A DNA stretch of 64,000 bases from contig NC_083223.1 in NCBI RefSeq assembly GCF_032191835.1, positions 252,340,001-252,404,000 on the forward strand, in the 5' to 3' direction. Within the stretch, counting starts at the first letter, position 1; every line of letters begins with the position of its first letter. Below, piece after piece: positions 23,961 to 36,383 of the stretch. The notes beneath the pieces are model-generated. The model saw nothing but the letters and a program-made list of their open reading frames with translations, did not search any database and had not been told where the DNA came from. The translations under genes were made by a program, and so were the position numbers. Source of the DNA: Heteronotia binoei. Its lineage: Eukaryota.

Positions 23961-25064
23961 ATTTCATCTTGTCAATCTGCTTCTTAAATCAATTGTCAAG
24001 TCAAGTCAAATTTTTGTTGTATTAGCCATTGGCCATAGCAAGATTGGAAAACTTTCAAGTACTACAAAAAAATTACAGTAAATACCATAAAGCTAAAACT
24101 ACAATCACATGAATAAAATGATAAAATTCGACAGTAAGATGGGAATAAGATAAACGGGTCTACAGGTTAGCCCTTATGAGACTGCCCTGGTTCTGAACGT
24201 CTTAGCAGCAAAAGCAAAAAGAGCAATTTTATAGGATACAAATTCATCTATATCTGATAACAAGTATATAATCTTCTGCTTTTCAGAATACACATTTATA
24301 GTAAATAAAATTCCAGCCAAAAATTTATCTTGGTGCATTGTACAACAGACAAGATTGAATCAATTGAGGCAACCGCAGCCCCCCGTTTTTAAGATCTGAG
24401 CAAGGCGGTTAATGATAAGGATGCTTTGGAAGTCATTAATTGGTAGGGTTGCCATATGCTGGAAGCAACCTGATGGCACTTAACACACATCCACACAAAA
24501 CACACACAATACATCCTGACATTGCTGCCTGAATTGGATGAGAGACGTGGCAGCCCTTCTTTCAGTTGGCAGCCTGTTCCATGAAGATGGGGCCACCCCA
24601 GGATAGATTTCTGCCCTGACAACCTTTATTTATTTATTTACACTTACAGTCCACCTTTTTCACTGGAACTCAAGGCAGATTACTCAGAGTGAGTTCATAC
24701 AGTTGATGGATGATACATTCAATAAACAGTGCAATAGGATTAGGTTTGTAGAACCAACCAGACATCTGAAAACAACTGCAGCAAAACATTTAAGTATTAA
24801 CATGACACCTTACATGAATTTCTAGAACCTGGAGCTGGTTCCTGAGTGGGAACTGGGGCCCTAGTGACATTTTACCCTTGGCCGGAGTCCTCTCCAGCTG
24901 GGCAGATATCCAGCACCTCTGGGGTTCTGAGAATATAGCTGGTGGTGGGGTTAAGGTGGGTTTTTTTGTTTCAGGGCCCTTAGTGCAGCCCCTGCCTGCT
25001 CTTTGGGCCTTCTGCAGACCTTGCAGGAGGTTCACCCTCTTTCTGATTTTTCTACCTTTTCTAG

Positions 25065-25199
25065 GTTTTGGACCTGGACAGCATCCATAGCCACCATTGG
25101 TGTATCCAAGGCTGCAGCGCTTACACTGGAGAGAATTTGCTAGCAGGCATCGACTGGCTATTGGATGATATCTCCAGCCGGATATTCACAGCAGACTGA
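25065..25199 (+). CDS. ARL2: ARL2 exon 5 to stop
   Basis: [44 protein letters not shown]; total CDS 555 nt = 184 aa. Confidence 0.97.
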   Translation, partial: VLDLDSIHSHHWCIQGCSAYTGENLLAGIDWLLDDISSRIFTAD

Positions 25200-25486
25200 G
25201 TCACAGTAGGGGCAGGTGTACCCCGCCACCCCCATGCACGTGTGTAGCTGGGGGCTCAGACTCCATTTATCAGCCACTAAGACAGCTGGGCCTGCCCTCT
25301 GACCCAGGATGCAGTTTGGCCATGAGCATCTTCCAGATCAAAGTCTGGGGCAGGGACTGTTTCTGCTGAGCATGGTCCTTGGACAGGTCTTGGCTGCAAA
25401 GGAGCAGAGTTGGGATGCTGGGGGCAAGGGAGAAGAGGCTTCCTTCTCCCTATTCTCTGTATGGAGTTGTATCCCGTGTATATCTT

Positions 25487-25492
25487 AATAAA
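25487..25492 (+). terminator. Probable ARL2 polyadenylation signal
   Basis: AATAAA ~290 nt after the stop, followed by T/GT-rich sequence. Confidence 0.65.
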
Positions 25493-26009
25493 GCTGCTGC
25501 TATGATTCAGATGTATGCTGCATTTTTAGTTTTCTAGACTTTGTATATATTTTGAGCCCCTGTCTCTGGACTGATCTTCTAATCACCTTGACTGAGCATC
25601 ATTTTAACCCAGAGAAGGTTTCATTTACTGGTACAGAAGGCAGAAGATCTGCTATGCTTATATAGCTCTTGTCATGCCTATGGCTCACTGGCAGCCTGGA
25701 TGTTTAACTATCAGGTACTTATCCAGGGCTTTTTTTTTGCAGCAGGAACTCATTTGCATATCAGGCCACACCCCCTTGATGTAGCCAATCCTCCAAGAGC
25801 TTACAGGGCCTACTGTAAGCGGCTGGAGGATTGGCTACATCAGGGTTATGTGGCCTAATATGCAAAGGAGTTCCTGCTACAAAAAAAAAGCCCTGCTCAT
25901 AACCAACCTTCTGGAAAGTGCTGGCATAGAAAGTTGGGTTGATGCAAACTACTTTTCTTGAGTAGGGGTCAGTTGCTAAAACTGAGTGCTTGTAGGCCTC
26001 TGTAATGGT

Positions 26010-26350
26010 CCAGGTTAACCTGATCTCAAGCTAAGTAGGGTCAGCCCTGGTTAGTATTTGGATGGGAGACCACCAATGCTCCCTATAAGTTGTGGAGTCT
26101 TGTGAGCAAAAACTCTACTTTGTGAGCTATTGGCATTAAAGTCGTGAGCTACTGCATAAATTAGTTTGCTCTGGGGCCATTTTTCCTGAGCCAAGACAAA
26201 AATGTGTGAGCTGGGGGCTGTGAGCTAGCTCACACTAAGCTTAAAAGGAAAACTGGAGACCACCAAGAAATACCACAGTCACTATGCAGAGGAAGGCAAT
26301 GGTAAACCATCTCTGTCTCTTCCCTTGAAAGCCCGACGAAGTCACCATAA
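26010..26350 (+). mobile_element. 5S-rRNA-derived SINE interrupted by a hAT MITE (26074-26255)
   Basis: cctgatctc...aagctaag.agggtcagccctggttagtatttggatgggagaccacc head; MITE flanked by 8-bp TSD GAGACCAC; related minus copies ~29472-29662 and ~32445-32610. Confidence 0.7.
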
Positions 26351-26403
26351 TTTTGCAGTAGAAATTGTAGGTTTATAATATGGGAAGTTTATAATATGGG
26401 AAG

Positions 26404-27527
26404 CTGCAGTAGATCTAGATGATGACGATGGTGTCTACATCCGCTATCGCACCGATGGCAGCCTGTTAAACCTGAGGCGACTAAAGGCTCACTCCAAGAC
26501 AATGGAAAAACTCATCCGAGAGCTACTGTTTGCTGAGGATGCTGCACTCGTCTCCCACTCGGTATCAGCTCTGCAGCATATGACGTCCTGCTTTGCAGAG
26601 GCTGCCAAGCTATTCGGCCTAGAAGTTAGTCTGAAGAAGACAGAAGTTCTCCACCAGCCTGCACCCCAGGAAGATTATCACCCTCCCTGCATCACTGTGG
26701 GTGAATCAGTTCTGAAGACAGTCCAGCAGTTCAGCTACCTGGGGTGCATCATCTCCTCAGATGCTAAGATCGACAAGGAGATTGACAACAGGCTGGCAAA
26801 GGCAAACCGTGCCTTTGGCCGACTGCACAAAAGAGTGTGGAGCAACAAGCATCTGAAAAAAGGCACAAAGATCAATGTTTACAAAGCGGTTGTGATGACA
26901 ACCCTCATCTACGGCTCTGAATCGTGGGTTTTATACCGTCATCACCTGCGACTCCTTGAGCGCTTTCATCAGCGCTGCCTTCGCACCATCCTCAACATCC
27001 ACTGGAGTGACTTTGTGACCAACACTGAAGTTCTCAAGCGGGCGGAGGTTACCAGCATCGAGGCACTGCTGTTGAAGACGCAGCTGCGCTGGGCAGGGCA
27101 TATTTCTAGGATGGAAAACCACCGCCTTCCCAAGATTGCCCTGTATGGCGAACTCTCCACCGGCCATCGAAATAGAGGGGCACCAAAGAAGAGGTACAAG
27201 GACTCCTTGAAGAAATCCCTTGGCACCTGTCGCATCAACCATCACCAGTGGTCTGACCTAGCCTCAGATCGCAAAGCATGGAGGCACACCATCCACCAGG
27301 CTGTTTCTTCTTTTGAGAACGCACGCATAGCTGGCCTTGAGGACAAAAGGAGATTGAGGAAGAATCGCACTGCTACAGCACCAACCCTAAATCAGACTTT
27401 TCCCTGCAGCCACTGTGGCCAGACCTGCCTGTCCCGCATTGGTCTTGTCAGCCACCAGCGAGCCTGCAGCAGACGTGGACTATTGCACCCTTCTTAAATC
27501 TTCGTTCGCGAAGCCAAGCCGAGAGAG
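26404..27527 (+). mobile_element. RTE-clade LINE, 5'-truncated, same family as 3854-5285
   Basis: ORF 26502-27497; catalytic FADD reads FAED; (GA)n tail; TSD AATATGGGAAG at 26393-26403 and 27528-27538. Confidence 0.95.
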
Positions 27528-28298
27528 AATATGGGAAGGCACACAGATTTCTGTCTAGCTATTTTTATCTTGTCCCTTCTAATGTGTACATGGCTCTTCC
27601 GCCTTCTCTTATGTCCCCACAACAGCCCACGTTAGGTGGCTTAGATGAACTAGCCCAAGTTCATCCAGTGAACTTCATGTCTAAATAAGGTTCTGAATCC
27701 AGGTACCCAGGTCTTAGCTACACCACCGGAGTGGTTCTTAGTGGCTAGACAGAGAAATCATCCTGCTTCTGGGAGTGGCTTATCCTCTCTGGATATTTTC
27801 AAGAAAAGCCTTGGGTAGGCAATGGGCCGTGGCTTAAAAGAGAGCACCTGAGTTGCAGACAAAAGGCTTTAATCCCAGTCCCCAGCATCTCCTCTTCAAA
27901 GATTCCAAGTAGCTGGTGCAGAGAAGACCTGAGACCCTGGAGAGTGTCTGAATCAGAGGGCACAATATTAGGATTGATAGACCAATGGTTTGATTAATTC
28001 TAAAGTATCTATATAGGTAAGGGTGCTTCTGGAACGGTATTGATCTCCCAGAATAAAGGTCAAAGCAAGTAAGTCAAGATGTTTGTATGGAACTGGTATT
28101 TGAAAGGCAGGGGTCATGTTCCTGGGCTACATGTGACTGTGTTTCAAGCATCTGCTCTTTCTAGTCTCCCGCTGGCAAGACCATAGGCATGGGATAACTG
28201 AGCTAAAAAGACTCTGCAAAGGCCCATGACTGTGTGTTTGCAGTCTTATCCAGTTGCAGGAAAGGCTGAAACTAAAACCCTTGTATCATTATCTAGAT

Positions 28299-29100
28299 CA
28301 GGGGTCCACAACCTTTTCAGAACCTGTGGTCCTCTGCAGAATTCTAATGCAGCGGGTGGAATCAATCACAAAATGGCTACTGCAGGAGGAGGAGTCACAC
28401 CAGGCCTGTAGCTACGAGGGGGTCTGTGGGGGCCCTGCCCCCCTGACTTCCTGTTGGGTGCCCTGTCTCAGGTGCCCCTATCCTTCCCCCTCCCCCACCA
28501 TGGGTGTAAAAGCTGAGAGACTGGGGGCTCCTCCTCCTTCTCCCCATGATTTAAATTGCATGGGAGAGGTATCTAGGAGCAGCCACTGCTCTCCCCAGAC
28601 CTTTAAATGGTGTGGAGGGGCAGTGGCTGCCACTGGGTACCTCTCCCATGTAATTTAAATCACTGGGGAGGGAGGGGATAGCCCCCAGCTTTCACCTCTG
28701 CTAGCCCCCAGGTGGTTGCAGAGGTGGGGAAGGGGCAGAAGGGAAGGTCACTGAGTCGGGTGCCCCGGGTTAGAGCCATGGTGGCCAGGGGAGGGGAGCT
28801 GTTAAGTGCCCCCTGACTTTTTAATATGCTCCCTGACTTTTAAAATCCTGGTTACGGGCCTGAGTCACACACAGGAAACCCAAGTGCGGAGAAGAGGGGT
28901 AATTTTAAAAATGCACTGGGAAAGGAGAGAGGATAAAACCAACCCTGTAGTGGTAGGGGCTGTTGAAACAATGTTATTTTAATTGGCACAGCCAATCACA
29001 TCTCTAGTGGCTGCTGAGATTCCATGGTGGGCAAAACCACATCCACTTTTTAAAAATACTTGGTGGGTAACATGGTGCAAGCACCAAGGTAGGGACCTCA
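28299..29100. mobile_element. hAT element containing a second hAT-like element (28401-28862)
   Basis: Outer TSD ATCTAGAT (28291-28298, 29101-29108); inner TSD AGTCACAC (28393-28400, 28863-28870). Confidence 0.85.
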
Positions 29101-31219
29101 ATCTAGATGGAACCTCCAGATTTATAGACAGGATACCTTTGCCTAATTTGTTGGATGCTTGGAACCAAGAAGATATGGTTCTTGGTTTTATTGCTATGTT
29201 TTCAGAGACAACTAGCAGATCAATCTTGGAAAAAGGATGTTGGATGAGACAACTTTTGGTGGCAACTATGGCTTCAGGGATTAGAGCACTGCTTGCGTTG
29301 AAGAACTCCCAAGTTTAGTCTCCAGCTAAAAGATTGAAAGACTAAAAGTGAAAGACTGAGCCCCTGGGGAGTTGCCTCCAGTCAGAGCAGAGATTGCTGA
29401 TCCAGCAAGGCAATGGTTTCCCAAGTTCTGTTTCTGCATTTCAAATATTAGCTGATCCATAAAGTTTTTTTTTGCTGTCAAATCACAGCTGACTTATGAT
29501 GACCCAGTGAGGCTTTTCAAGGCAAGAGACATTCAGAAGTGGTTTGCCACTGTCTGCATAGCAACTCTGGACTTCCTTGCCGGTCTCCCATCCATGTACT
29601 TACTGGACTGCTTTGTGTCAGATCTGATGAGACTGGGCTAGCCTCGGCCATCCAGGTCAGGAGGACCCATAAAATCTACTTCTCACTAACTCTGGACTTT
29701 TTTTTTTTGGTCTTATATGTGTGTGGGGTAGTGGGGAGATGATGATATTCTTATTTGGAGAACCGCTGAGTTAAGATTGTTTTTGAAATGGGATCTATTT
29801 CTAAACACACTATTTTCTGATCTACCATTGCAGTGCCTCAGAAAGTGTGGGTCCAGGAGGCTGTGGGTATCAAGTATGTCCATCATCTTCCACACTGCTG
29901 GTGGCTGGGAGTGAGCAAATGCCCTGAGAACTAATGGGGGTGTCAGCTGAAGGATGGGGTGGAGGCATGGCTGCTCTCTCCTACCTTTTCCCACCACAGC
30001 GGTTGGGGGGGGGGCTCCTGAGCCTCCTCTCCTAGCTCATGAGTTTTAAACCATGATCCACCTAACAGAGGGTTGTGTGACCCACTTCTCAATTTGAGAA
30101 TCATTGTGTTGATAATCTTGTGGACAACCACTGCAAAAGGCCACCTGCAGGGCACCCAGAATTGCCAGGCTTGAGTTTTAAGCTTTACACATTGCTTAAG
30201 GATTTCCTTGTACTGCCAGCATGGTGTAGTGGTTTTGAGGTCAGCCATGGGATGACTGGGTTCAAATCCCTGATCTGCCATAGGAGTTTGTTGTGGCCTT
30301 AGATGAGTAACTCTCACAACAGCCTGACAGGGTTGTTATGAGAATAAAATGGAGAAGAGAACGGAAGCAAAGAGACCCTTCTTTTGCAAGCCACAACCAA
30401 GGCAAGAGGCCTGAATTTCTAACAGGAGCAGGGCTGGGACTTAAGCCAGCTCAGAGCACTGGGCATGCTTGCATGTGACCCTTGATTCGTTGTAGGCTTT
30501 ATTCTAAGCTCCCCCACCCCACCAGCCAGAGCAGCAGCCTCTCTGCTATCTGTGATCACATGCACCAGATTATTTCTAACCCAAAGCAAGGAAGAGAGGG
30601 GAGAGCCAGGGAAGTAAGACCATGTCCTTTTTATTTCACCCTCCCCCCCCCTTCTCATTAATTTTAAGGAACATCTTTGCTCCTGGTTTAATTCCACATG
30701 ACATGCCCTGCTGCACAAAAAAAATGTTTTCTCCCACTGCACAAAGCTGAGCAAGCAACTGAAGGGTGGAATAAAAACACACTGCATGCTCTCAGACAGC
30801 CCCATGCCTTCCCCATCTTTACTGACACTATTTTTAAAAAGTCCATTTAAACAGCAATATACCCTCACCAACCCAACCTTCCCCAAGGCTATCCTCCAGG
30901 GCAACAGAGAAAGGTGTGGAACTACCAAGAAGAGAAGAGCAGAGCCAGAAATCCTGGCTGCGTGAGTGACGGGGAGAGGCAGCGCATGTTTCTAGTCTAG
31001 ATTGCCAGCCTCATCACACAAGTCAGCAAGCCCTATTTTCGCTCAATGGGACTTGCTTCTGAGTTATTATGCTTCGGCCGGGACTGCTTTACGCAAGATC
31101 CTGTTTAACTCCATCATTTCTCATTTTTGCATCATACGCAATATCCTGATTAATTTATTTTTCCTCACCGCCGTGCAATACTAAATCCAGCCCTTTGCAG
31201 AGGAGCCCTGCCCCTTAGC

Positions 31220-31760
31220 TTTCCTGAGTAGCCGCAGTGTCGCACTTTGTAGACACTCCCTCGACCCTACCTTGTCTCAAGGCTCTGGAGCTATCAGCTA
31301 CGCATGCGCTTTGAGTGGAAGGCTTGGACGCGCAGTCGCGACTCGAACAGCCCATCGCGCTCTTGCTTTTGGCCGCTGCTGTCTACGCGGGGAGTTCTGG
31401 ATTTAAAGGGGCCGCAACGTCCAAAAGGGCGTTGGGATGTCCCGTCGGGCGAAGGATGAGTACCACCGGCATTACACCGTCACCGACACCCGAACCCACC
31501 CCAAAGGCTACACTGAGTACAAAGTGACCGCCAAGGTGAGGCAAGGGTTATTGGGGACCCCGCATCTCTCCAATCCCATATTCAGAGGAGGAGGCGAAGT
31601 ATCAATAGGGCTTCTGTCTGTTCCAAGTCTCCCGTCGTGGATCTTGCTTCCAGCGCCTGCAGCCGATCCAGGAACAGCAGGGCGCAAGACCCTCTGTACA
31701 TGTGCAGAGTACTTTCTTCCTCCGGTGCGGTTCCCCGGCAGGTTCTGAGCTGCGAGTTGC
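31220..31760 (+). promoter_or_regulatory. SNX15 CpG-island promoter
   Basis: CpG-rich; CGCATGCGC (NRF1-like) at 31301. Confidence 0.7.
31437..31535 (+). CDS. SNX15: SNX15 exon 1 (PX domain start)
   Basis: MSRRAKDEYHRHYTVTDTRTHPKGYTEYKVTAK; donor AAG|GTGAGG. Confidence 0.95.
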
Positions 31761-32072
31761 AACCCCCCACCCAACACACACGGTTTTCAAAGAATCGCTG
31801 TTGAAGGCAGAGCTCCGACAGAACTGTTGCAGGGGGACCTGTGAGAAATAAAGTAAAGGAGCCTGCTTTGCCACTCCCCTTCCTGAAATAGTAAAAGTTG
31901 GGGGTGGGGGGAGAGACATGATCCCCTGCCCCTCTGGATAAATAAACATTACATTTTAGCTGGTTTTAATGAGGTATGTTGATCAGGAGAAAAGCAGGAT
32001 AAGTTTAAAAAATTAAAACTAGACCACAAGTCTTGTCATCTCAACATCTTGCTCTTTTTCTCTCTCCCCCAG

Positions 32073-32108
32073 TTTGTCTCAAAAGTGAATCCAGAAGATG
32101 TCAAGGAG
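32073..32108 (+). CDS. SNX15: SNX15 exon 2
   Basis: FVSKVNPEDVKE; AG/GT bounded. Confidence 0.93.
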
Positions 32109-32730
32109 GTATGTCCACGTTTATATTTGTCTTACAGATTATGCTAGATGCAGATGGGAGGAACTGACTTTGATTTGCCCAGGTACAGAGGGTGCTTCCC
32201 TTGGCTGCATATCTTACCAGTAGTTCAGGGGATAATAGAGCAATATTGGTAGGTTCCCAGAGAGCCAGATGGGCACTTTGTACCTTGAGTGAATCACGTG
32301 TAACTTCCATCAGGGCATATCCTCTTTAGTGTGGCATCAAATTTTTCTGCAGAACAAGGCTGGATAGATGTGCAGCGGTCCCGCACAAGATGAATCTGTG
32401 AAGATGAGGTGGGAGGGGTGTCAGAACAGTGTATGTAAGTTTTGTCAAGTCACAACTGCCTTACAATGACCACAATAAGGGGCTTTTAAGGCAAGAGAGA
32501 TGCAGAGGTGGTTTACCATGGTCTTCCTCTCAAGAGCCTTCCTTGGTGATTTCCCATCTAAGTACTGACCCTGATTAGCTTCTGAACTCTGACAAGATTG
32601 GGCTATGCTATACCATCCCACACCCTAACTTCTTCATGTGGAGGTGTTATTTCTTGGCAGGAGCCCCATGTTGCGGTGTGCACTGAAAAGCTCTCTGTAT
32701 TGGCTGTGTTTCCCATATTTCATCCTACAG

Positions 32731-32851
32731 ATTGTGGTCTGGAAACGGTACAGCGACTTTAAGAAGCTGCATGGAGACCTGGCTTACACCCACCGTAACC
32801 TCTTCCGGCGCTTGGAGGACTTTCCTCCTTTCCCCAAAGCCCAAGTCTTTG
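32731..32851 (+). CDS. SNX15: SNX15 exon 3 (PX core)
   Basis: IVVWKRYSDFKKLHGDLAYTHRNLFRR...FPKAQVF. Confidence 0.95.
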
Positions 32852-34116
32852 GTGAGGAGCTGAACTGAGCTGGGTGGGAAAGATACTTGCTGATCTCTCA
32901 TTCCTGAAGTAGGAATTCTGTGGTGACTGCATTTTTCAGGACCCTAAAGTCTATCAATAGCTTCTCCCTTTGAAAGGAACTTGGACTGTGTCCTCTGAAT
33001 ATCCAGTGCTGGGAACAAGGGAGATGGCCAGGGTCTTTCTGGGAAATTTTCCAGGGTGATCGGTCTGGCTACTTCTGGAAATAGAATGCGTAGTATTACT
33101 AGAAATAAGCAGATCTGTTGTTTTGATCCCTCAAAGCCTTTCTACTGATGGTGGGAGGGGAATGACCCAGGTGTTTGGGGCAGGGAGGGAGGAGATGTGC
33201 TAGATTTCATAGTGCTTTTCAGGGTGACTTCCTTCTGGACCAAAACACTTGTTGGGTTGCTTAGGAGAAAGAGGGCCTTAGGTCACTTTTTGGAGTCTAA
33301 GGACCTAACTCTACACTGCATTGCTTAGGGATACATCCCAGGTCCCACCAAACCAGATATGTGCTGGATATTTTCTGTGTTGAAGCATTGTTCTCAGGGG
33401 CATGGTGAACTGGTTCAGATTAAGCCCAGAGAGTGGCTTAAGACTTCCACACGCACCATTTCCCCAAACTTGAAATTGTCTCAGTGAGCTGCTGTTTGCC
33501 TCATCAGGGAAACTTTATAGACTGTGAGTGTATATGTAGTCCAGTACATGCAAGTTTTCCAGTGGAAAAAAGAGCTCCCCAGGTGGTGGTATCAACTGTT
33601 GGTAATATGATGGTTTCAGGTGGTGGTAAACAGTGTTTAATTTAAGCTGAGTTAGTGTGAGCTAGCATAGTTCTTTAGCCTCTGGCTCACACATTTTTGT
33701 CTTAGTTCAGGAAAAATAGCCCCAGAGCAAACTAATTTATGCAGTAGCTCACAATTTTAATGCCAGTAGCTTACAAAGCAGAGGTGTTGCTCACAAGACT
33801 CCACAGCTTAGAGGGAGTATTGGTGGTAAATGGTGCAAAAGGAAATGCTTAGGTCACTCTCCCTGTGTTTCGTGGTCTCAATCTGAATCCGGTCTCTGTT
33901 TACTAGAGTATTAACATGGAACTCTCAGCAATTGTCTGATTCAACAGGCCCCAGAATGGACAGGTAAACTAAAATATGTAGGCAGGCTCTAGAGTCCTGG
34001 AAAAATGTTGCCAAGCTTGCAAAGGGAAGCGTCTTGCAAATCCATATATACTCCAGATAGGGTGACGCAGCAGCAGTTCTGGCACTTAATGTGATGCGGG
34101 ACTCTTTTCCCTGCAG

Positions 34117-34232
34117 GCCGATTTGAGCCCAAGGTGATAGAGGAGCGGAGAAAGGCTGCTGAGGTCATGCTGCGTTTCACAGTGCACATCCCCGCTTTGA
34201 ACAACAGTCCACAGCTCAAGGAATTCTTCCGG
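34117..34232 (+). CDS. SNX15: SNX15 exon 4
   Basis: RFEPKVIEERRKAAEVMLRFTVHIPALNNSPQLKEFFR. Confidence 0.95.
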
Positions 34233-34524
34233 GTATTTTGGCTGGGCAGATGGAGGAGGGAGGTTGGAGATGGCTCTTGGCCACTGGATCCTCCCAGGGG
34301 GGTCCCATTGAGTCTTCATAGAGGTGGGGGAAGGAGGGGCTGCTAGGGATTTGAGAGTTGTACTATGGCTCCTTGATCCCCTCCTTGGTTGCAGAATGGA
34401 GGTGCTGGGTCCTGACCCCCAGTCCACCTGTGAGTTCGAGGTGTGATTCATGACCTGCTCCCCATCCCAAGATGAAAAATCTACTTATGCCTCTGTGCTT
34501 ACGCTGCTGCTTTCTCTCTCACAG

Positions 34525-34741
34525 GGTGGGGAGGGGAGGAGACCTTTGGAAAACTGTGACCTGCCTTCTCTGCCTCCCCCTCTGATCCCCGTGCCGTCAG
34601 AAGGCGTGGAGCCCGGCGAGGATGCTCTGGCTTCTGATGTGGACCATGGACTCCTGGATCTGGACTCAGAGCCTGATCACTGCAGAGCTACAGAAGCAGC
34701 AAGGAAAGACTGTGATCTGGAGCCCCCAGTGAAGGAGGGAG
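34525..34741 (+). CDS. SNX15: SNX15 exon 5
   Basis: GGEGRRPL...LPPPLIPVP; donor G|GTAAGC; in phase. Confidence 0.88.
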
Positions 34742-35688
34742 GTAAGCTTTCTGGTCCTTGTCTTCTAAAGGAGCTGCGGCTCAGTGATGGAGCAGCTGCT
34801 TGGCATGGCAAAGGTCCCAGGTTCAAACCTGGGTGTCTCCAGTTAAAAGGATTGGGCAGCAGGTGATGTGAAAAACCTCTGACTGACACCCTGGGGAGCT
34901 GCTGCCAGCCTGAGCAGACAATACTGACCTTGTTGGACTTAGGATCTGACTCAGCAGAAATCAGCTTCATATGGAATGCTGAGGCTGAATTTTCTAATCT
35001 GCTTCTCTTCTGTGGGGAGCTGCTTATTAGCAGTGGCGGAGAGGCATGTTGTGTGTCCTTGCATGCAACTTTCTCATGCATTGTTTTGCACAAGTTGGAA
35101 CTTTGCAAGCAACAGACCACCACCCCATGTTTGTGTTGGGATGGAAGAGAAATGTTGTATGAATGGAAGATTTTTCCTCTCCCACCTCCACTCAGGCTTC
35201 TGTGGAACTGGCTCCAGGGCAATCCCTCTTTGCTGCATGCTTTGGTAATAAAACCTAACTGCAAATAGGCACCTTTCCAAGTACAGAACCTTGCAAGGCT
35301 TGGAGTGAGGATTGTTGACGTCCTTGGGACTTCTAGTATTGATAATGAGGCCTTCAGGTTCCTAATCTGCAGCTTCAGAGGCTTGTGTGTGCATTGTGGC
35401 AGCTTGCAGGGGACTGATATGGCCAAATATTATCAGCAGGTCTGCAATCCAAAAGCGGGAGGGAGAGCTTCAGCTTTAAATCTGGCAAATCTGGAACAGA
35501 TGCAGTTTCGGGCTTGTGGGGAGAAAACCCCACTCTTAAAGAATATTGGGAAATATGTAGGCAGGCTCTACTGGGAAAGAATATTGCTGAATGGGAGAAG
35601 CTTCCTGCACCCCTGCCTTGCCTGCTTTGAGAGCCCCTTATTCTCCCCTTGTCATCATTGCCTAGCCTAATCAGTGTTCCTGGCACAG

Positions 35689-35847
35689 GGGACCACTCCT
35701 CACCCCGAAACTGTGAAGATGAAGCCCTGGATGCTCTTTTTGCTTGCGCTGGGGAGGAGGAGGAGGAAGAGAAAGAAATGAGCTCGCCTTCCCGCTCCCT
35801 CCTGTCAGTCCAGGAGCTGGCCTTGTTTGACCCCTTCGCTGAGGAAG
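35689..35847 (+). CDS. SNX15: SNX15 exon 6
   Basis: ...EALDALF...ELALFDPFAEE; only in-phase acceptor, with branch-like CTAAT at 35667. Confidence 0.85.
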
Positions 35848-36143
35848 GTAGGTGGGTTAATGGATGCTGTTGGTGAGCAGCTGGGCTCTGTGTGGTTTTG
35901 GCCAAGTTTGGGTTGGTCTTCATTGGGGGTGGGGAATAAACCAGGAGGCAGAACTGGGATTCTTTGTGTATTGTCCCTAAAGTCCTCCATGAATCTCCTG
36001 CTGGAGAGGATCTTTTGCGAGGCAATTGTGTGATTTTAGATAATGGCCTTCACTTAAGGGGCGTGTGTGAACAAAGTCGTCAAGCCAGGAGGGGAAGACA
36101 AAGAGTTTGCATTCCTAGCCTTCTCCCTGTTGCTCAGCCTCAG

Positions 36144-36383
36144 GTGCAGCCAGCTCGTCCCCTGCTCGTGCTGCCTTGGAAGATGTACCAGCACCTTCTT
36201 CCCCAAGCACAGGAATTCTGCAGCCAGCCCAGGCGGGAGCAGCCACATCAGATCCTGGTGCATACCTACCTTTGGCCACTGAGCGTATCAAGCACGCCTT
36301 GGAGAGCGAAGTGGCTGAAGACTATGAGGGGGCTTTCCATGGCTACCGCAGCGGCGTTGACTTGCTGCTTCAGGGCCTGCAAG
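36144..36383 (+). CDS. SNX15: SNX15 exon 7 (MIT domain start)
   Basis: AYLPLATERIKHALESEVAEDYEGAFHGYRSGVDLLLQGLQ; alternative in-frame start at 36138. Confidence 0.88.

Noticed and set aside
26010-26073. 5S rRNA gene
   Set aside because: Degenerate, split by a MITE and continuing into a BovB-like SINE tail
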